64,000 bases of DNA, taken from the NCBI GenBank assembly GCA_040954595.2, contig CM082579.2:7863625-7927624 (forward strand), read 5' to 3'. Shown piece after piece: positions 11,051-26,000 of the stretch. Below the pieces are notes generated by a model. It saw only the letters and a program-made list of their open reading frames with translations, ran no database searches and had not been told where the DNA came from. The stretch comes from Balanoglossus misakiensis. Lineage: Eukaryota; Animalia; Hemichordata. Positions within the stretch are counted from its first letter, which is position 1, and each line of letters begins with the position of its first letter. Made by a program: the position numbers and the translations under genes.

Positions 11051-14000
11051 TCATTCAAAGTTTTCGATGTGTATTCCAGTTTCAAGCGGTTCATCAGGAT
11101 ACTCCTCCTTGATTTGCGAATTCTGATAGTCGTGATCGACGGGGAGACCAGGAGCAGATGATTTCATCGGCGTCATCTCCACGCTACTGATATACGTGTG
11201 CTTGAACGCACCCGCTTGTTGCTGGTTCAGTTTCTGGTACCTGTCTTCCTCCAGGGCCAGGTAATGGGGTTTGTCCACGGCCAGGTAATGGGATGTGTTC
11301 TCTGGCTGCGTGCCCGTTTTCTGGTGGCCGGGCTCGCTTTCCGCTTGGCTTCTCATGGCCAGGTAGCCGTCTTCGTCCTCGGTGTCCGGTTTTGTGGCCT
11401 CCCTGGGCGTCAGGTAATTGCTGTCCCGGTAGTCCGGGTGTCTGCTTCTCGGCAGCTGACCGACAGGCTGCGGCGGGCCAGGCTCAGAGTTGGGCCCGCC
11501 AGAAGGGCGAGGATGCGCGTGCGTCATGGGCGGCGTGTCGCCGTCACCCCGGTATTCGGCGTACGGTTTTATCTCCTCTGGATCGTCAATTTCGGAATAC
11601 ATGGAATCCGTCTCTCCTTTCTCGACCTCCTTAGCGATCCGTTGCCCTGGCAACAGATCGTCAGCCCAGTTGGGTGGCAGCGACTGCGGCCCGAGAAGGG
11701 TTGCTGATTTTCGCCTGCTGACACTGACGCACACGGCAACCGTGATGATAGCAACAACTGCCACGACAACACTGCATATGATTATCACCAAGGTGGTTGT
11801 TGTTATTGTTGATGTGGGTCCGGAATTCTTGGCTGCACACGGAACAGAAAAGTTGCTGGTCACTCATTTAATATTCAGTTAGTCTATATCAGCTTTCGTC
11901 TGAGACTTTTCTTTTGGAAAAACAATAACACAAGTTTAAAGTCCCAATAGCTACTACAAGTTCTTTACAAAATTCGTGATTTGAATTTCAAACTTAGACG
12001 TATCCATTTAAATATAAATGAGCTTTCTGATGGGTATAAATAAAACGACCTCTGATTGTGATTGTAGTTTTAAATGTGAACAAGTAAAATAATAAAAATA
12101 TACAACGTGATTCAGAAACATTGGCCCGGCGACTTCATTTATACTGTCATAAATATTGCTGTGGAATATTCATTGCTTTCCTACTTGGGGTATGGAAAAA
12201 AGTGTAAAAAGGCCTAAAAATTGGCTATGACTGAGATAAATGTGCCAATTGACACTGTTTGTCATTAATTAAAATACACAAAACTAAGTGCTGTGTTAAC
12301 CCCACATATTTAAACAACGCAAGATGTCTGACGTACGTACCCTTGCAATCTGCCCTACTGGTTGAACCAGCATTTGACACTGGAGTTTCAGAAGGACAAA
12401 GGACACAAGCTACTGCCCCAGTGTCTGGCTGATAGGAACCCTCGGCGCAAGCACTACAGGGCTCAACCCCGTCGTCTGACCAATGGCCAGCTCTGCAACC
12501 TGAACAGACAATACTTCATATGAACACTTAGTCATAAATACAAAACAATATTGTAAAACCAGTACATTTATTATTTTAAATTGATTTAAATATTATCTAG
12601 AAAATTACCTTTACATTTTACCACCTGTTTACCTTACCTAGTTCAGCGAATGTGCTCTCAGTTGACACAGTGAAAGGCGGCATTCCTCCGAGAACGGCCT
12701 GATCAAAGAGCGCTTTCATGGCGGTTTCGTCTGGCATTTCATCATCACTGGTCACGTTGGCTTCGTGGGTCATAGTGTACTCCACAATGACACTACCAGG
12801 ACTGTGAAAACAAAATATATTTCCACTCTTAATAATGTGCGGATGGTTCAAGTCGAAATTATCGTTTCAGTTGTTTAATATTTTTCATTTCTCCTTTGTG
12901 TAAGAGATATGAAAATCTGTAATGAAATGCCCGGCCGCCCAGGGGGGACATTTGGTTCAGTCCAAACGCACTGTTTTCTATGGTAAGGTTGGACCTCTAT
13001 AGAGGGAACTGGGGTGGCAGGTTTAAAGTTTGTGTCTCACAGACTGCAAAATGTTGCTCCTGCCTTCAGTGCGAGTATGATGGACATTGCGTATGCAAGA
13101 GCATTAATTCGCATACATTTTCTGCAAGAAAATAGCAATGGGGTAGATTTCACCGAATACTTACAGAATACCAGTTATGGTGACGTTTATTCTACCGGTG
13201 ATGTCGTTGAAGATGTTACCGATGACAGTCACAAATTCTGACGCGAAGGCTTCGTCGCTGATCAAGTACCTGCTCCAGTCTCTGTTGGTTATCTTCAGAA
13301 GACCGCCATAATGGCGTGTTTCTGAGAAGGGTTGGAAAAATATTTCAACCACTGCATTTGACCGACTGGGAAAAGGTTAGTGGCCATGAAATCGTTTGCT
13401 GACAAACTATAGTGTTTAGTGTTGATATTTGCCTATCTCACTGACAGACCAACATAACTGCGTGGAAAATGCATGATCCTCAAAACGCTATGGAAAAGTC
13501 ACCGCTACCCAATTCAACTCGATGCGTGTTGATCATTTTATCTTACAAAAGCACATTTATAAAACCTACTGGTGTAAGTGTCGCAGCGATCTCCGAAAAA
13601 AGAGAGCGCGTCGCTGCAGTCGCAACGGAACTCGAAGCAAGACACGGGATAGCAGACACCACCATGTTTGCAAGGCTCGGTGAGGGCGGTACAGATATCG
13701 TCAACAACCCCGGGCGGCGTCGCAGATGCCGAGGTCGAGCAGAAGTACCCCTGGTCATTGGTTCCATCCCTCACGCACGCGCCGTCGAGGCTTTGGCACG
13801 GGGTGGCGTGGCACGGGTTGGTCGCATCGCAGTTGGCCACGTGGTACCCACTCGGACAGTTGCACTGGTACTTGTTGTCGAATGAGGACGCCAGGTTGCA
13901 GGTCCCGTTGTTCAGGCAGGGAGACGGTTCCAAATCGCACGGGTTGTACATGGTCTGGCAGTAATCGCCCTGATACTGTTGGTCGCACGCACAGGAGACA

Positions 14001-17000
14001 GCGGTTGCGCTGTCGACGCTGCAAATGCCGCCATGGAGGCACGGATTGGGAGAGCACCTCCGGCCCTCGACACTCGCCTCGCAGTTTCGCCCGGTGAAGC
14101 CGCTGTCACAGACGCACACGTAGCCAGCTTCTCTCGACTGGCACGTGCCTCTGTTCTTACAGGGATTCGGGAGGCAGAAGTCGGTGTCCACTTCGCAGTT
14201 TTTGCCCCCGAAACCAGGTGCACAACTGCACAGGTGGTCGCCCACCTGATTGGTGCAAATTCCGCCATTAAGACACGGGTTACTAGGCTTACAGCAATTG
14301 GCGACACTTTCGCAGTCGCCACCCACCCAGCCGTCCGGACAGTCGCACCGAGGATCGCCAAAACGTACGTTGACGCACTTTCGGTTTTCTGGGCAGGTAC
14401 TGGCATCGAGGCATTCATCAATGTCTGAGAATTAAACAAAGAAGGAATTCGTATTGCAGACTTTGATATATGACACATGCAGTGCTGGCACTTCGACTCT
14501 GAATGCTTCTTTTATTCCGTTCACCCCCGTTTACATATGTAAGGGTCCAACTTTACCACAGATAACAATGGTTTTGGATCATACCACATCAGTGAAAGTG
14601 TTAACAAATGAACATGATGAACTGATTTCTGACACAATGTTGCACATCTAAACTTAATTTTTTGCTTTTCAGTACCAATGACCGACATTTCATCACTCAA
14701 TATTTTTTTTTCATTTAAAAGAGCTACCATCAAATATACATATTTGATTCATTCGCTGTGTTATAATTACCTCCACACCAGGACTCGTCCCTGACCATGT
14801 ATTCCTTCTTCTGGTCCGATAGAAACCGTAAAAAGTCTGGCCATGCGATGAGTAGTGCGCTCTCAGTGGCGTAACTCAGAGAACACCGCGTCTGCAGTGG
14901 CGTGGTTGTGGTCGCCAACTTCTCGACGTTGCTGGCGCTCAGTGCACTATTGTACACGTGGAGACGGGTCATCTCACCAACGAAGGCTCTTCCTTGGATG
15001 AACATGCCACTGGTGGCGCTCTTGTACTGACCTGCAAATGTACCGTGGTATTCATCAGATTGATACATGATAGACGCCCACACTTCGGTCACCAACGCAA
15101 AAAGTCATGTGCAGTTTTTGCGTATGTATGTGGGACTAATATACTTTCTGACAGGATATCTATCATGTCTATAAAAGGATCATTCCTCTGCCACCCCCCC
15201 CCCCCCCACACACATGAAAGCAAAACATATGCATGAATTTTAATATTCAACTGGTGCAACCGACCCTACACCCGACACGGCACATGCAGACTCACCAGCT
15301 GTGACTGTTCCACCACCCTTGATTATCACACCCTGTTGGAAACCAGAATCGGATTCCCCCAGAACGCCGTCTTTGAAAACCCGCCAGTCACCCGTCGTGC
15401 TCGTCCACGTCACACAAATGTGATGCCAGACGCCATCGTTCACAGAAACCGTTGTCGCTACACTCCGACCAGCGACTACCAGCTGCGAGAAATCACATTA
15501 ACCCTTCATCACAATCACACAGTTTAATGCTACTGTGCATGAGGTGCATATCATCACGAAAAGAAGACTTTAATTTACACTGGAGACTCAAGGTTTTTTC
15601 TAGCCAATACATGTATATAGAATTATGGTCAACTTTCTTACCATAGACAAAATATAACAGACAAATTAAAGCCCTGAGTAACTTCATCAAAATGCAAGCC
15701 CCACCCAACAAAATCTAAGCAAAACTTTCAGCTCACGTATGTGAACACACGTGACCTAAAAACGAACTCTGGGAGTTTTTGAGATGAGAACACAATCGGG
15801 AGGAGTGACTTTCCGTCTTGCTTACTGGACATTGACACAAAACTGGATATGTATATGTCCAAACGACCATGGAGGCTATAGCTAGCTCACCTTCAGATTT
15901 GCATGATCAAACCACGCAATTTCTGATTCACTTCGGTCAGAAACTGTGTAAGTCAGTATTGTTCCAAGGTTGTTCACATCTAGTGTTTTGATCCATACGC
16001 TGATCGAAAACGATGCCATGCTGGGTATGTCGTTCATTTCGACAAACTCCGCCACGTCACCAGTGAACACCATGTCAAAGTCCAATGACAAGCCTGTGAT
16101 TAGAGAATAATAAAAAAAGAACACTTGTTAAGCGCCTAATCTCTGATATCCAGGGCCAGACTCGATGTGCCAGAATTAATGATGAAATAAAACCAGGATG
16201 AGGAACCGCTGAAACACAGGAACTGGAAATTCAGACCAGGTAATACAGAAAGGGTAAATTAAAGACGTCAAAATTGTTTTTTAAAGTTCCCGGGAGAACG
16301 ACGGAAAGAAACTGGACAGACTTATTGTGACGAAGGTCGGAAGGAAGGCGATTCCATAATTTGGGCTCAATATATGTGAAAGGTCTCTCGCCAAAAGTTT
16401 TTGTGGAAACTCTTTGAATACATTGAGAAGTCATGAATATGACGGAGAGCGGAGTTGTCGTTTTGGAGTGCGTTGGTGTAGAAGCCCAGAGAGACATTGC
16501 AGTTCTTGTACCCACAACTGAATCAGCTCTACTAACTACATGTATATGCTTTGAATTTAGACGAGTACTTACGCTGTAAGCAGTTCAACCCGGTATACGA
16601 GGGTTTACACTGACATCTATACATGGCGACTTCATCATGACAAGTCACTGAATTCTGACAGGGATTGCTCAGACACTCATTAATCTCATTATCACATGTA
16701 ATCCCTGCAAAGTAAAAGTGATTTCATGCTTTTTGGGGAAAAGTTAAAACATTTCCAAGCTGGTGCTAAGAACAATGTTGTTGTCCCACGCGGCCAGGTT
16801 TGATTATATGCTTTAAAATAACTCAGTATTTTGGTGGAGACGTTAATTTCGGGATGGAGTTCGAGATATGCTGGTCCAGCCAGAACTACAGGTGTTCTGT
16901 ATGTCCACGGCTGGTCCTTTTTGAAATAAGTCACCGGCGTTAAAATCTACTCTGCACGACGTGTTCCCGTCTCATCAACCGACATCCGGACCAGACTCAG

Positions 17001-20000
17001 CAAATGTACCCCACCACCAATATGGCAAATGCGTGAACGAAATTAAGATTAACTTCTCACCTGTGTAGCCAGGGGCACACTGGCAGGAGAACTTCCCCTC
17101 TTCATCCACACAGGTGGCTCCATTCTTGCAAGGATCTGACAAGCATTCATCGATTTCAATCTCGCATGCCCCGCCTGTGGCAGTAAGTGTGAGAAATAGA
17201 AAAGTAACATTTTTTGTCTGTCGACGTTGATTGTCGGTTGTGTTTCTCACAGGATGAGAGTACATGTCCAATTGTTTTAATCACACCACTCGTGACAATT
17301 AAGGCACACGGAACTACAGATAGCAGAGCTTGTATCATGTTTGGAAGTTGACGAAATTAGATAATAGGGGAAATTGATACATATTTGTGATTGTGTGGTG
17401 AAACTTGTCAGTGAGGGCTGACAATTTTTGTTTCTGCTCAGGTACACAGCGAGAGTCAGGTTAAACATGTTCTAACTTTAGATTTTTAATGATTCTATAG
17501 AATGCGACAGAAAAGGGGTCCACAACTACATAGGAGTTCTATAGACCTCTAGGCCTATAGAAATTCGATAGCATTCTGAAGATGCCTATAGGATGGTTTT
17601 TTTTGTAAGGAAAATTTCTTACCTACATATCCAGAATTGCAATTACATGTTGTCCCGGCACACACACCATGAACACAGCTTTTACACAGCTGCTTTATAT
17701 CTTCACACTTCTCGCCATCGTAATCGTCGCCACAGAAACAAACATCACCACCACCACCGTCATCAGAACGTGCACACAATCCTCCATTCTGGCAGGTGTT
17801 TGTCGGACAAGACCTTGAGGCATCTGTGACAAAACAGAAAAGAGTGTATGATTATTTTTAATTTAAGGATTTATGATCGGTAAAATTGAAAATATAAGTC
17901 GGTATTTTTTACCAATGGCTTGTCAAAATAGTTGTGCCCACATATAACTGCTGGCGGTGTCAAACTTATCACAAGAATATGTCATATCACTGAGGCCTGC
18001 GGCTGTTAAACACGCGGTACATAAGAGATATACTAGTATCTCAAGAGCACCGTGCCCTCTAACGAGCATGCACCGTCAGTTTTTCATTTTAAAAGTCCGT
18101 AAATTTGAGAATTTATAAAAGAATCACCGACCGACTGACCCACTGACCGACTCACTCGATCACTCACTTATACACTGCGGTGATATTCCGCTCCATATTC
18201 CAGTACTGGTGCATGTCCTCACTAAGTCGCCAAGTATGACGTAACCATCACCGCAGTCCACTGTGAAATCTGCTATTTCCCACACGTAATACGGGCCTTG
18301 TGGTCCGTAGTACCTGTATGTGACACCTGTGGCATTTCCCAGGTCTGAAATAGCTTCGCAAGTCACTTCTGTAATCAACAGAGAAATGGCTATCAACAGT
18401 TCGTTAGGGGTTTTGTAAGGGCAATTATTTCACCATTCATTACATGTTAGAGACAGCCAGATAATTCTTGCCTTAAAACGTCGCATACTTTTAACGTTGT
18501 TTTTAATGATTAATTCTAAAATAGAATTTCTGTCACTGACCAAAACTAAATGATAGAAGTGTTCATATTTGATGTCCAAATACATGTTGTGAAATTATCT
18601 GCGACAACAGTCATTGAGCGAGCATGTTTCAGACGGTGAGCAGAGCAACAGAAACAATCTATCAAAATTAAAGGAACCACGACAACGTCAAAAAATTGGC
18701 GACTTCCCCCCCTTCTCCTTTAATCTCGCCACTGTTCATCTCAATTACCTTCGCATACAGGCAGATCTCCATGCCAATAGACGGTTCCATTGTCGCGAAG
18801 CAGGCACACCATGGCTGGACCGGTGGTCAGTCTGGAGGTACCATAGCAACGAAAGTGACAGGAACTCCCCACTGTCCTCTCGCAAGTCCCATTGCCAGGG
18901 TGTTCAGAGAAATGGATCCCATCGACATGGTAGCTCTCAGCATTGTATACATACGGTAGAGGACTACATGTTGCAACTGGGGGATACAAAGTCAAAAATC
19001 AAAAAGTCGCAAAATTTTGCATTTTTTCTGCATCATTTTTCATCTTCATGTTCCTGTTCTCAAGAAACACATGGTTGACTATTTTTATTTGATCCAAAAC
19101 AGCCACAGTAAATGTTACATAATCATTTTAGTCTATATGAGGATCAGGTACTGGCGGGAAATCTTTGAAACACGAACAAAACTATAAATTATCTAAATAC
19201 TTCATCAGAGCAATCATAAATTATATGTAAATATATGTACCATAATTGTGCAGTTGTGGAAAAGTTACAGCAAAATTAACCAATGGCCAATCAATGGCAT
19301 TGCCAACAAATGCTATGTTTATAAATAAACAACTGCATAATTTCACTTTCCATGCCTAAATTACAAGACGCTTGACATTTGTGATTTGTATCACATTTCA
19401 ACCTATAGTCATCGATTCACAGGACAATTCCTAATTTACTGCTTTCTATCGTACCTATGCACCCTGACTCGCGAACTCTCTCCGAGTAACCCGGCTGACA
19501 CACGCAGTCACTCAGATCCGTGGCACCGACGTCATCCGTGGTCATGTTAGGGGGGCAACCGATGCATCTCCCGGGCTCCGTGTCATTTCTGTAGGTCCCG
19601 AGGGGGCACGCTGAAATTTGAAAACAAGTCAAGCGTGTTTTTTTCCTTGTGGCCATAGGAAAATTATTAGTAAATGTAAAAAATGACACCAAAAGAGAGT
19701 TTCAGAACATGCAGTCTACCGTTTTATTTCAACAGCCATATGCGTGGCTGAATTTTACTTTCTTAACAATTTATATAGAAAACTGCAATGAATAATTATT
19801 GTCAGCCACGACGTGCATTTCAGACAAAAAAAAAAACAATTGTTTTGAGCTGTGATCTGTGATCAGTATGCGCAATGCAAGTGTTAACATGTTCAAGTAA
19901 TTTTAATACCCGATCCTACACACGCATATATTCTAACGTTCCGCCAGAACAGACCAGCATCAAAAAAATAATTAACCAACACTTCCTATTCACAAAATCG

Positions 20001-23000
20001 GCCATTTTGAAACGATATACCATCGGCTGGACTATTTTTCACTCTGCAAATTAATTCTAACCTCACCTTCGCAAGAAGCTCCATTTCCATGGAAACTCGC
20101 GTCGCAAACGCAATGATATCTACCGGTGTCTAACCCACACAGACACGCAGAGTGGCTGCCACAAGTAGAGGGACACGCGCCCACCTCTCCTGCTTGCTTC
20201 CAGTTTTCGTCTTCTACAGCTGTAGGGGTATGAGGAAGAAACACCCACGTTCACTCGTTCTGACGCTGAGCCCGGCCCAGTAAAGGAACCCGTGTTAATT
20301 GTCCCAACAACTCGACCTTATATTTACAAGCTGCCCTTTGAGTCAAATACACATAGAAGGAAATCTTCCGCCCCACTTTAGAAATATATACCAGTAATTG
20401 TTATCAGAACAAAATGTTTTTCTCCAAGCTTACATCCGCATCTTTCCTCGTCTTCAAATAGAACCTTTACTTGATATTCCAGGCATTCATAATCCAAAAG
20501 TTTAATTATGTACAATAAGAAATGCAACTTCAACTACTGACTTCAAATACACTGTAAATAATTTTGCATGTACATGTATAGTGTTTTCAGAGATCATGCC
20601 AAAAGCACTAAGGGACAAATAATACATACCGGTAATTTCAACAATGTAATTTTCTTGGATAACATCGTCATTCCTTTCAATATTTCTGCTGATTCGGCGG
20701 GAAACAATGCTTACATTCATGATGGGCTGAACCTCATTCTGTTTACACAAATGTTTTCTATAAATTTGTACCAAATAATTTTGACTTACTTCGGGATTCA
20801 CATAAGGAATATTTTGTTGCATTGCATTCTGCATCATATAACTTGTATCCGACTGTACCTGAACGATGCCTGTATAAAAAAATAAGTGGCATTGCATTTA
20901 TGTAGATTATATATTCCAAGAAATGTAAGCACGCACGCACACACACGCACGCACGCACACACATACACACACGCGCGCGCACGCACACACAGACAGACAG
21001 ACATACATACATACATACATACATACATACATACATACATACATACATACATACATACATGAAGAAATTTTGAACTTTCGGAAAATCGAAAAATTTTCAT
21101 TTTTGGATGATTTTCATGAGCTATAACCCATGCTTTTCTTCAAAAAATGAAGAAATTTGATATTTCGGAAAGTCGAAAAATTGTCATTTTTGGATGATTT
21201 TCATGAGCAATAACCCATGCTTTTCTTCAAAAACTGAAGAAATTTTGATATTTCGGAAAGTCAAAAAATTGTCATTTTTGGATGATTTTCATGAGCTATA
21301 ACCCATGCTTTTCTTCAAAAAATGAAGAAATTTTGATATTTCGGAAAGTCGAAAAATTGTCATTTAGGATGATTTTCATGTGCTATAACCCATGCATTTT
21401 GTCAAAAAATGAAGAAATTTTGATATTTCGGAAAGTCGAAAAATTGTCATTTTTGGATGATTTTCATGAGCTATAACCCATGCTTTTTGTCAAAAAATGA
21501 ATAAATTTTAATATTTCGGAAAGTCGAAAAATTGTCATTTTTGGATGATTTTCATGAGCTATAACCCATGCTTTTTGTCAAAAAATGAAGAAATTTTGAT
21601 ATTTCGGAAAGTCGAAAAATTGTCATTTTTGGATGATTTTCATGAGCTATAACCCATGCTTTTCTTCAAAAAATGAAGAAATTTTGAAATTTCGGAAAGT
21701 CGAAAAATTGTCATTTTGGATGATTTTCATGAGCTATAACCCATGCTTTTCTTCAAAAAATGAAGAAATTTTGAAATTTCGGAAAGTCGAACAATTGTCA
21801 TTTTTGGATGATTTTCATGAGCTATAACCCATGCTTTTCTTCAAAAAATGAAGAAATTTTGATATTTCGGAAAGTCGAAAAATTGTCATTTTTGGATGAT
21901 TTTCATGAGCTATAACCCATGCTTTTCTTCAAAAAATGAAGAAATTTTGATATTTCGGAAAGTCGAAAAATCGTCATTTTTGGATGATTTTCATGAGCTA
22001 TAACCCATACTTTTTGTCAAAAAATGAAGAAATTTTGATATTTCGGAAAGTCGAAAAATTGTCAATTTTGGATGATTTTCATGAGCTATAACCCATGCTT
22101 TTCTTCAAAAAATGAAGAAATTTTGATATTTCGGAAAGTCGAAAAATTGTCATTTTTGGATGATTTTCATGAGCTATAACCCATGCGTTTCTTCAAAAAA
22201 TGAAGAAATTTTGATATTTCGGAAAGTCGAAAAATTGTCATTTTTGGATGATTTTCATGAGCTATAACCCATGCTTTTCTTTAAAAAATGAAGAAATTTT
22301 GATATTTTGGAAAGTCGAAAAATTGTCATTTTTGGATGATTTTCATGAGCTATAACCCATGCTTTTTGTCAAAAAATGAAGACATTTTGATATTTCGGAA
22401 AGTCGAAAATTGTCATTTTTGGATGATTTTCATGAGCTATAACCCATGCTTTTCTTCAAAAAATGAAGAAATTTTGAAATTTCGGAAAGTCGAAAAATTG
22501 TCATTTTTTGATGATTTTCATGAGCTATAACCCATGCTTTTCTTCAAAAAATGAAGAAATTTTGAAATTTCGGAGAGTAGAAAAATTGTCATTTTTGGAT
22601 GATTTTCATGAGCTATAACCCATGCTTTTCTTCAAAAAATGAAGAAATTTTGATATTTCGGAAAGTCGAAAAATTGTCATTTTTGGATGATTTTCATGAG
22701 CTATAACCCATGCTTTTCTTCAAAAACTGAAGAAATTTTGATATTTCGGAAAGTCGAAAAATTGTCATTTTTGGATGATTTTCATGAGCTATAACCCATG
22801 CTTTTCTTCAAAAACTGAAGAAATTTTGATATTTCGGAAAGTCGAAAAATTGTCATTTTTGGATGATTTTCATGAGCTATAACCCATGCTTTTCTTCAAA
22901 AAATGAAGAAATTTTGAAATTTCGGAAAGTCGAAAAATTGTCATTTTTTGATGATTTTCATGAGCTATAACCCATGCTTTTCTTCAAAAAATGAAGAAAT

Positions 23001-26000
23001 TTTGAAATTTCGGAGAGTCGAAAAATTGTCATTTTTGGATGATTTTCATGAGCTATAACCCATGCTTTTCTTCAAAAAATGAAGAAATTTTGATATTTCG
23101 GAAAGTCGAAAAATTGTCATTTTTGGATGATTTTCATGAGCTATAACCCATGCTTTTCTTCAAAAAATGAAGAAATTTTGATATTTCGGAAAGTCGAAAA
23201 ATTGTCATTTTTGGATGATTTTCATGAGCTATAACCCATGCTTTTCTTCAAAAAATGAAGAAATTTTGATATTTCGGAAAGTCGAAAAATTGTCATTTTT
23301 GGATGATTTTCATGAGCTATAACCCATGCTTTTCTTCAAAAAATGAAGAAATTTTGAAATTTCGGAAAGTCGAAAAATTGTCATTTTTGGATGATTTTCA
23401 TGAGCTATAACCCATGCTTTTCTTCAAAAAATGAAGAAATTTTGAAATTTCGGAAAGTCGAAAAATTGTCATTTTTGGATGATTTTCATGAGCTATAACC
23501 CATGCTTTTCTTCAAAAAATGAAGAAATTTTGATATTTCGGAAAGTCGAAAAATTGTCATTTTTGGATGATTTTCATGAGCTATAACTCATGCTTTTCTT
23601 CAAAAAATGAAGAAATTTTGATATTTCGGAAAGTCGAAAAATTGTCATTTTTGGATTATTTTCATGAGCTATAACCCATGCTTTTCTTCAAAAAATGAAG
23701 AAATTTTGATATTTCGGAAAGTCGAAAAATTGTCATTTTTGGATGATTTTCATGAGCTATAACCCATGCTTTTCTTCAAAAAATGAAGAAATTTTGATAT
23801 TTCGGAAAGTCGAAAAATTGTCATTTTTGGATGATTTTCATGAGCTATAACCCATGCTTTTTGTCAAAAAATGAAGAAATTTTGATATTTCGGAAAGTCG
23901 AAAAATTGTCATTTTTGGATGATTTTCATGAGCTATAACCCATGCTTTTCTTCAAAAAATGAAGAAATTTTGATATTTCGGAAAGTCGAAAAATTGTCAT
24001 TTTTGGATGATTTTCATGAGCTATAACCCATGCTTTTTGTCAAAAAATGAAGAAATTTTAATATTTCGGAAAGTCGAAAAATTGTCATTTTTGGATGATT
24101 TTCATGAGCTATAACCCATGAATTTCGTCAAAAAATGAAGAAATTCTGAACTTTCGAAAAGTCGAAAAATTGTCATTTTTGGATGATTTTCATGATTGTC
24201 AAAAAATGGAGAAATTTTAATATTTCGGAAAGTCGAAAAATTGTCATTTTTGGATGATTTTCATGAGCTATAACCCATGCTTTTCTTCAAAAAATGAAGA
24301 AATTTTAATATTTTGGAAAGTCGAAAAATTGTCATTTTTGGATGATTTTCATGAGCTATAACCCATGAATTTCGTCAAAAAATGAAGAAATTCTGAACTT
24401 TCGAAAAGTCGAAAAATTGTCATTTTTGGATGATTTTCATGATTGTCAAAAAATGGAGAAATTTTAATATTTCGGAAAGTCGAAAAATTGTCATTTTTGG
24501 ATGATTTTCATGAGCTATAACCCATGCTTTTCTTCAAAAAATGAAGAAATTTTGATATTTCGGAAAGTCGAAAAATTGTCATTTTTGGATGATTTTCATG
24601 AGCTATAACCCATGCTTTTCTTCAAAAAATGAAGAAATTTTGATATTTCGGAAAGTCGAAAAATTGTCATTTTTGGATGATTTTCATGAGCTATAACCCA
24701 TGCTTTTTGTCAAAAAATGAAGAAATTTTGATATTTCGGAAAGTCGAAAAATTGTCATTTTTGGATGATTTTCATGATTGTCAAAAAATGGAGAAATTTT
24801 AATATTTCGGAAAGTCGAAAAATTGTCATTTTTGGATGATTTTCATGAGCTATAACCCATGCTTTTCTTCAAAAAATGAAGAAATTTTAATATTTCGGAA
24901 AGTCGAAAAATTGTCATTTTTGGATGATTTTCATGAGCTATAACCCATGAATTTCGTCAAAAAATGAAGAAATTCTGAACTTTCGAAAAGTCGAAAAATT
25001 GTCATTTTTGGATGATTTTCATGATTGTCAAAAAATGGAGAAATTTTAATATTTCGGAAAGTCGAAAAATTGTCATTTTTGGATGATTTTCATGAGCTAT
25101 AACCCATGCTTTTCTTCAAAAAATGAAGAAATTTTGATATTTCGGAAAGTCGAAAAATTGTCATTTTTGGATGATTTTCATGAGCTATAACCCATGCTTT
25201 TCTTCAAAAAATGAAGAAATTTTGAAATTTCGGAAAGTCGAAAAATTGTCATTTTTGGATGATTTTCATGAGCTATAACCCATGAATTTCGTCAAAAAAT
25301 GAAGAAATTCTGAACTTTCGAAAAGTCGAAAAATTGTCATTTTTGGATGATTTTCATGAGCTATAACTCATGCTTTTCTTCAAAAAATGAAGAAATTTTG
25401 ATATTTCGGAAAGTCGAAAAATTGTCATTTTTGGATTATTTTCATGAGCTATAACCCATGCTTTTCTTCAAAAAATGAAGAAATTTTGATATTTCGGAAA
25501 ATCGAAAAATTGTCATTTTTGGATAATTTTCATGAGCTATAACCCATGCTTTTTGTCAAAAAATGAAGAAATTTTAATATTTCGGAAAGTCGAAAAATTG
25601 TCATTTTTGGATGATTTTCATGAGCTATAACCCATGCTTTTCTTCAAAAAATGAAGAAATTTTGATATTTCGGAAAGTCGAAAAATTGTCATTTTTGGAT
25701 GATTTTCATGAGCTATAACTCATGCTTTTCTTCAAAAAATGAAGAAATTTTGAAATTTCGGAAAGTCGAAAAATTGTCATTTTTGGATGATTTTCATGAG
25801 CTATAACCCATGAATTTCGTCAAAAAATGAAGAAATTCTGAACTTTCGAAAAGTCGAAAAATTGTCATTTTTGGATGATTTTCATGAGCTATAACTCATG
25901 CTTTTCTTCAAAAAATGAAGAAATTTTGATATTTCGGAAAGTCGAAAAATTGTCATTTTTGGATGATTTTCATGAGCTATAACCCATGCTTTTTGTCAAA

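Noticed and set aside
11198-14478. Overlapping plus-strand and alternative-frame ORFs over the EGF and tail exons
   Set aside because: Shadow ORFs of GC-rich coding exons with no domain features.
20420-20750. Extra exons between the CTLD and EGF-like exons (ORF 20502-20897)
   Set aside because: The candidate splice sites do not give phase-compatible stop-free joins, and exon 20790 joins 20219 in frame without them.
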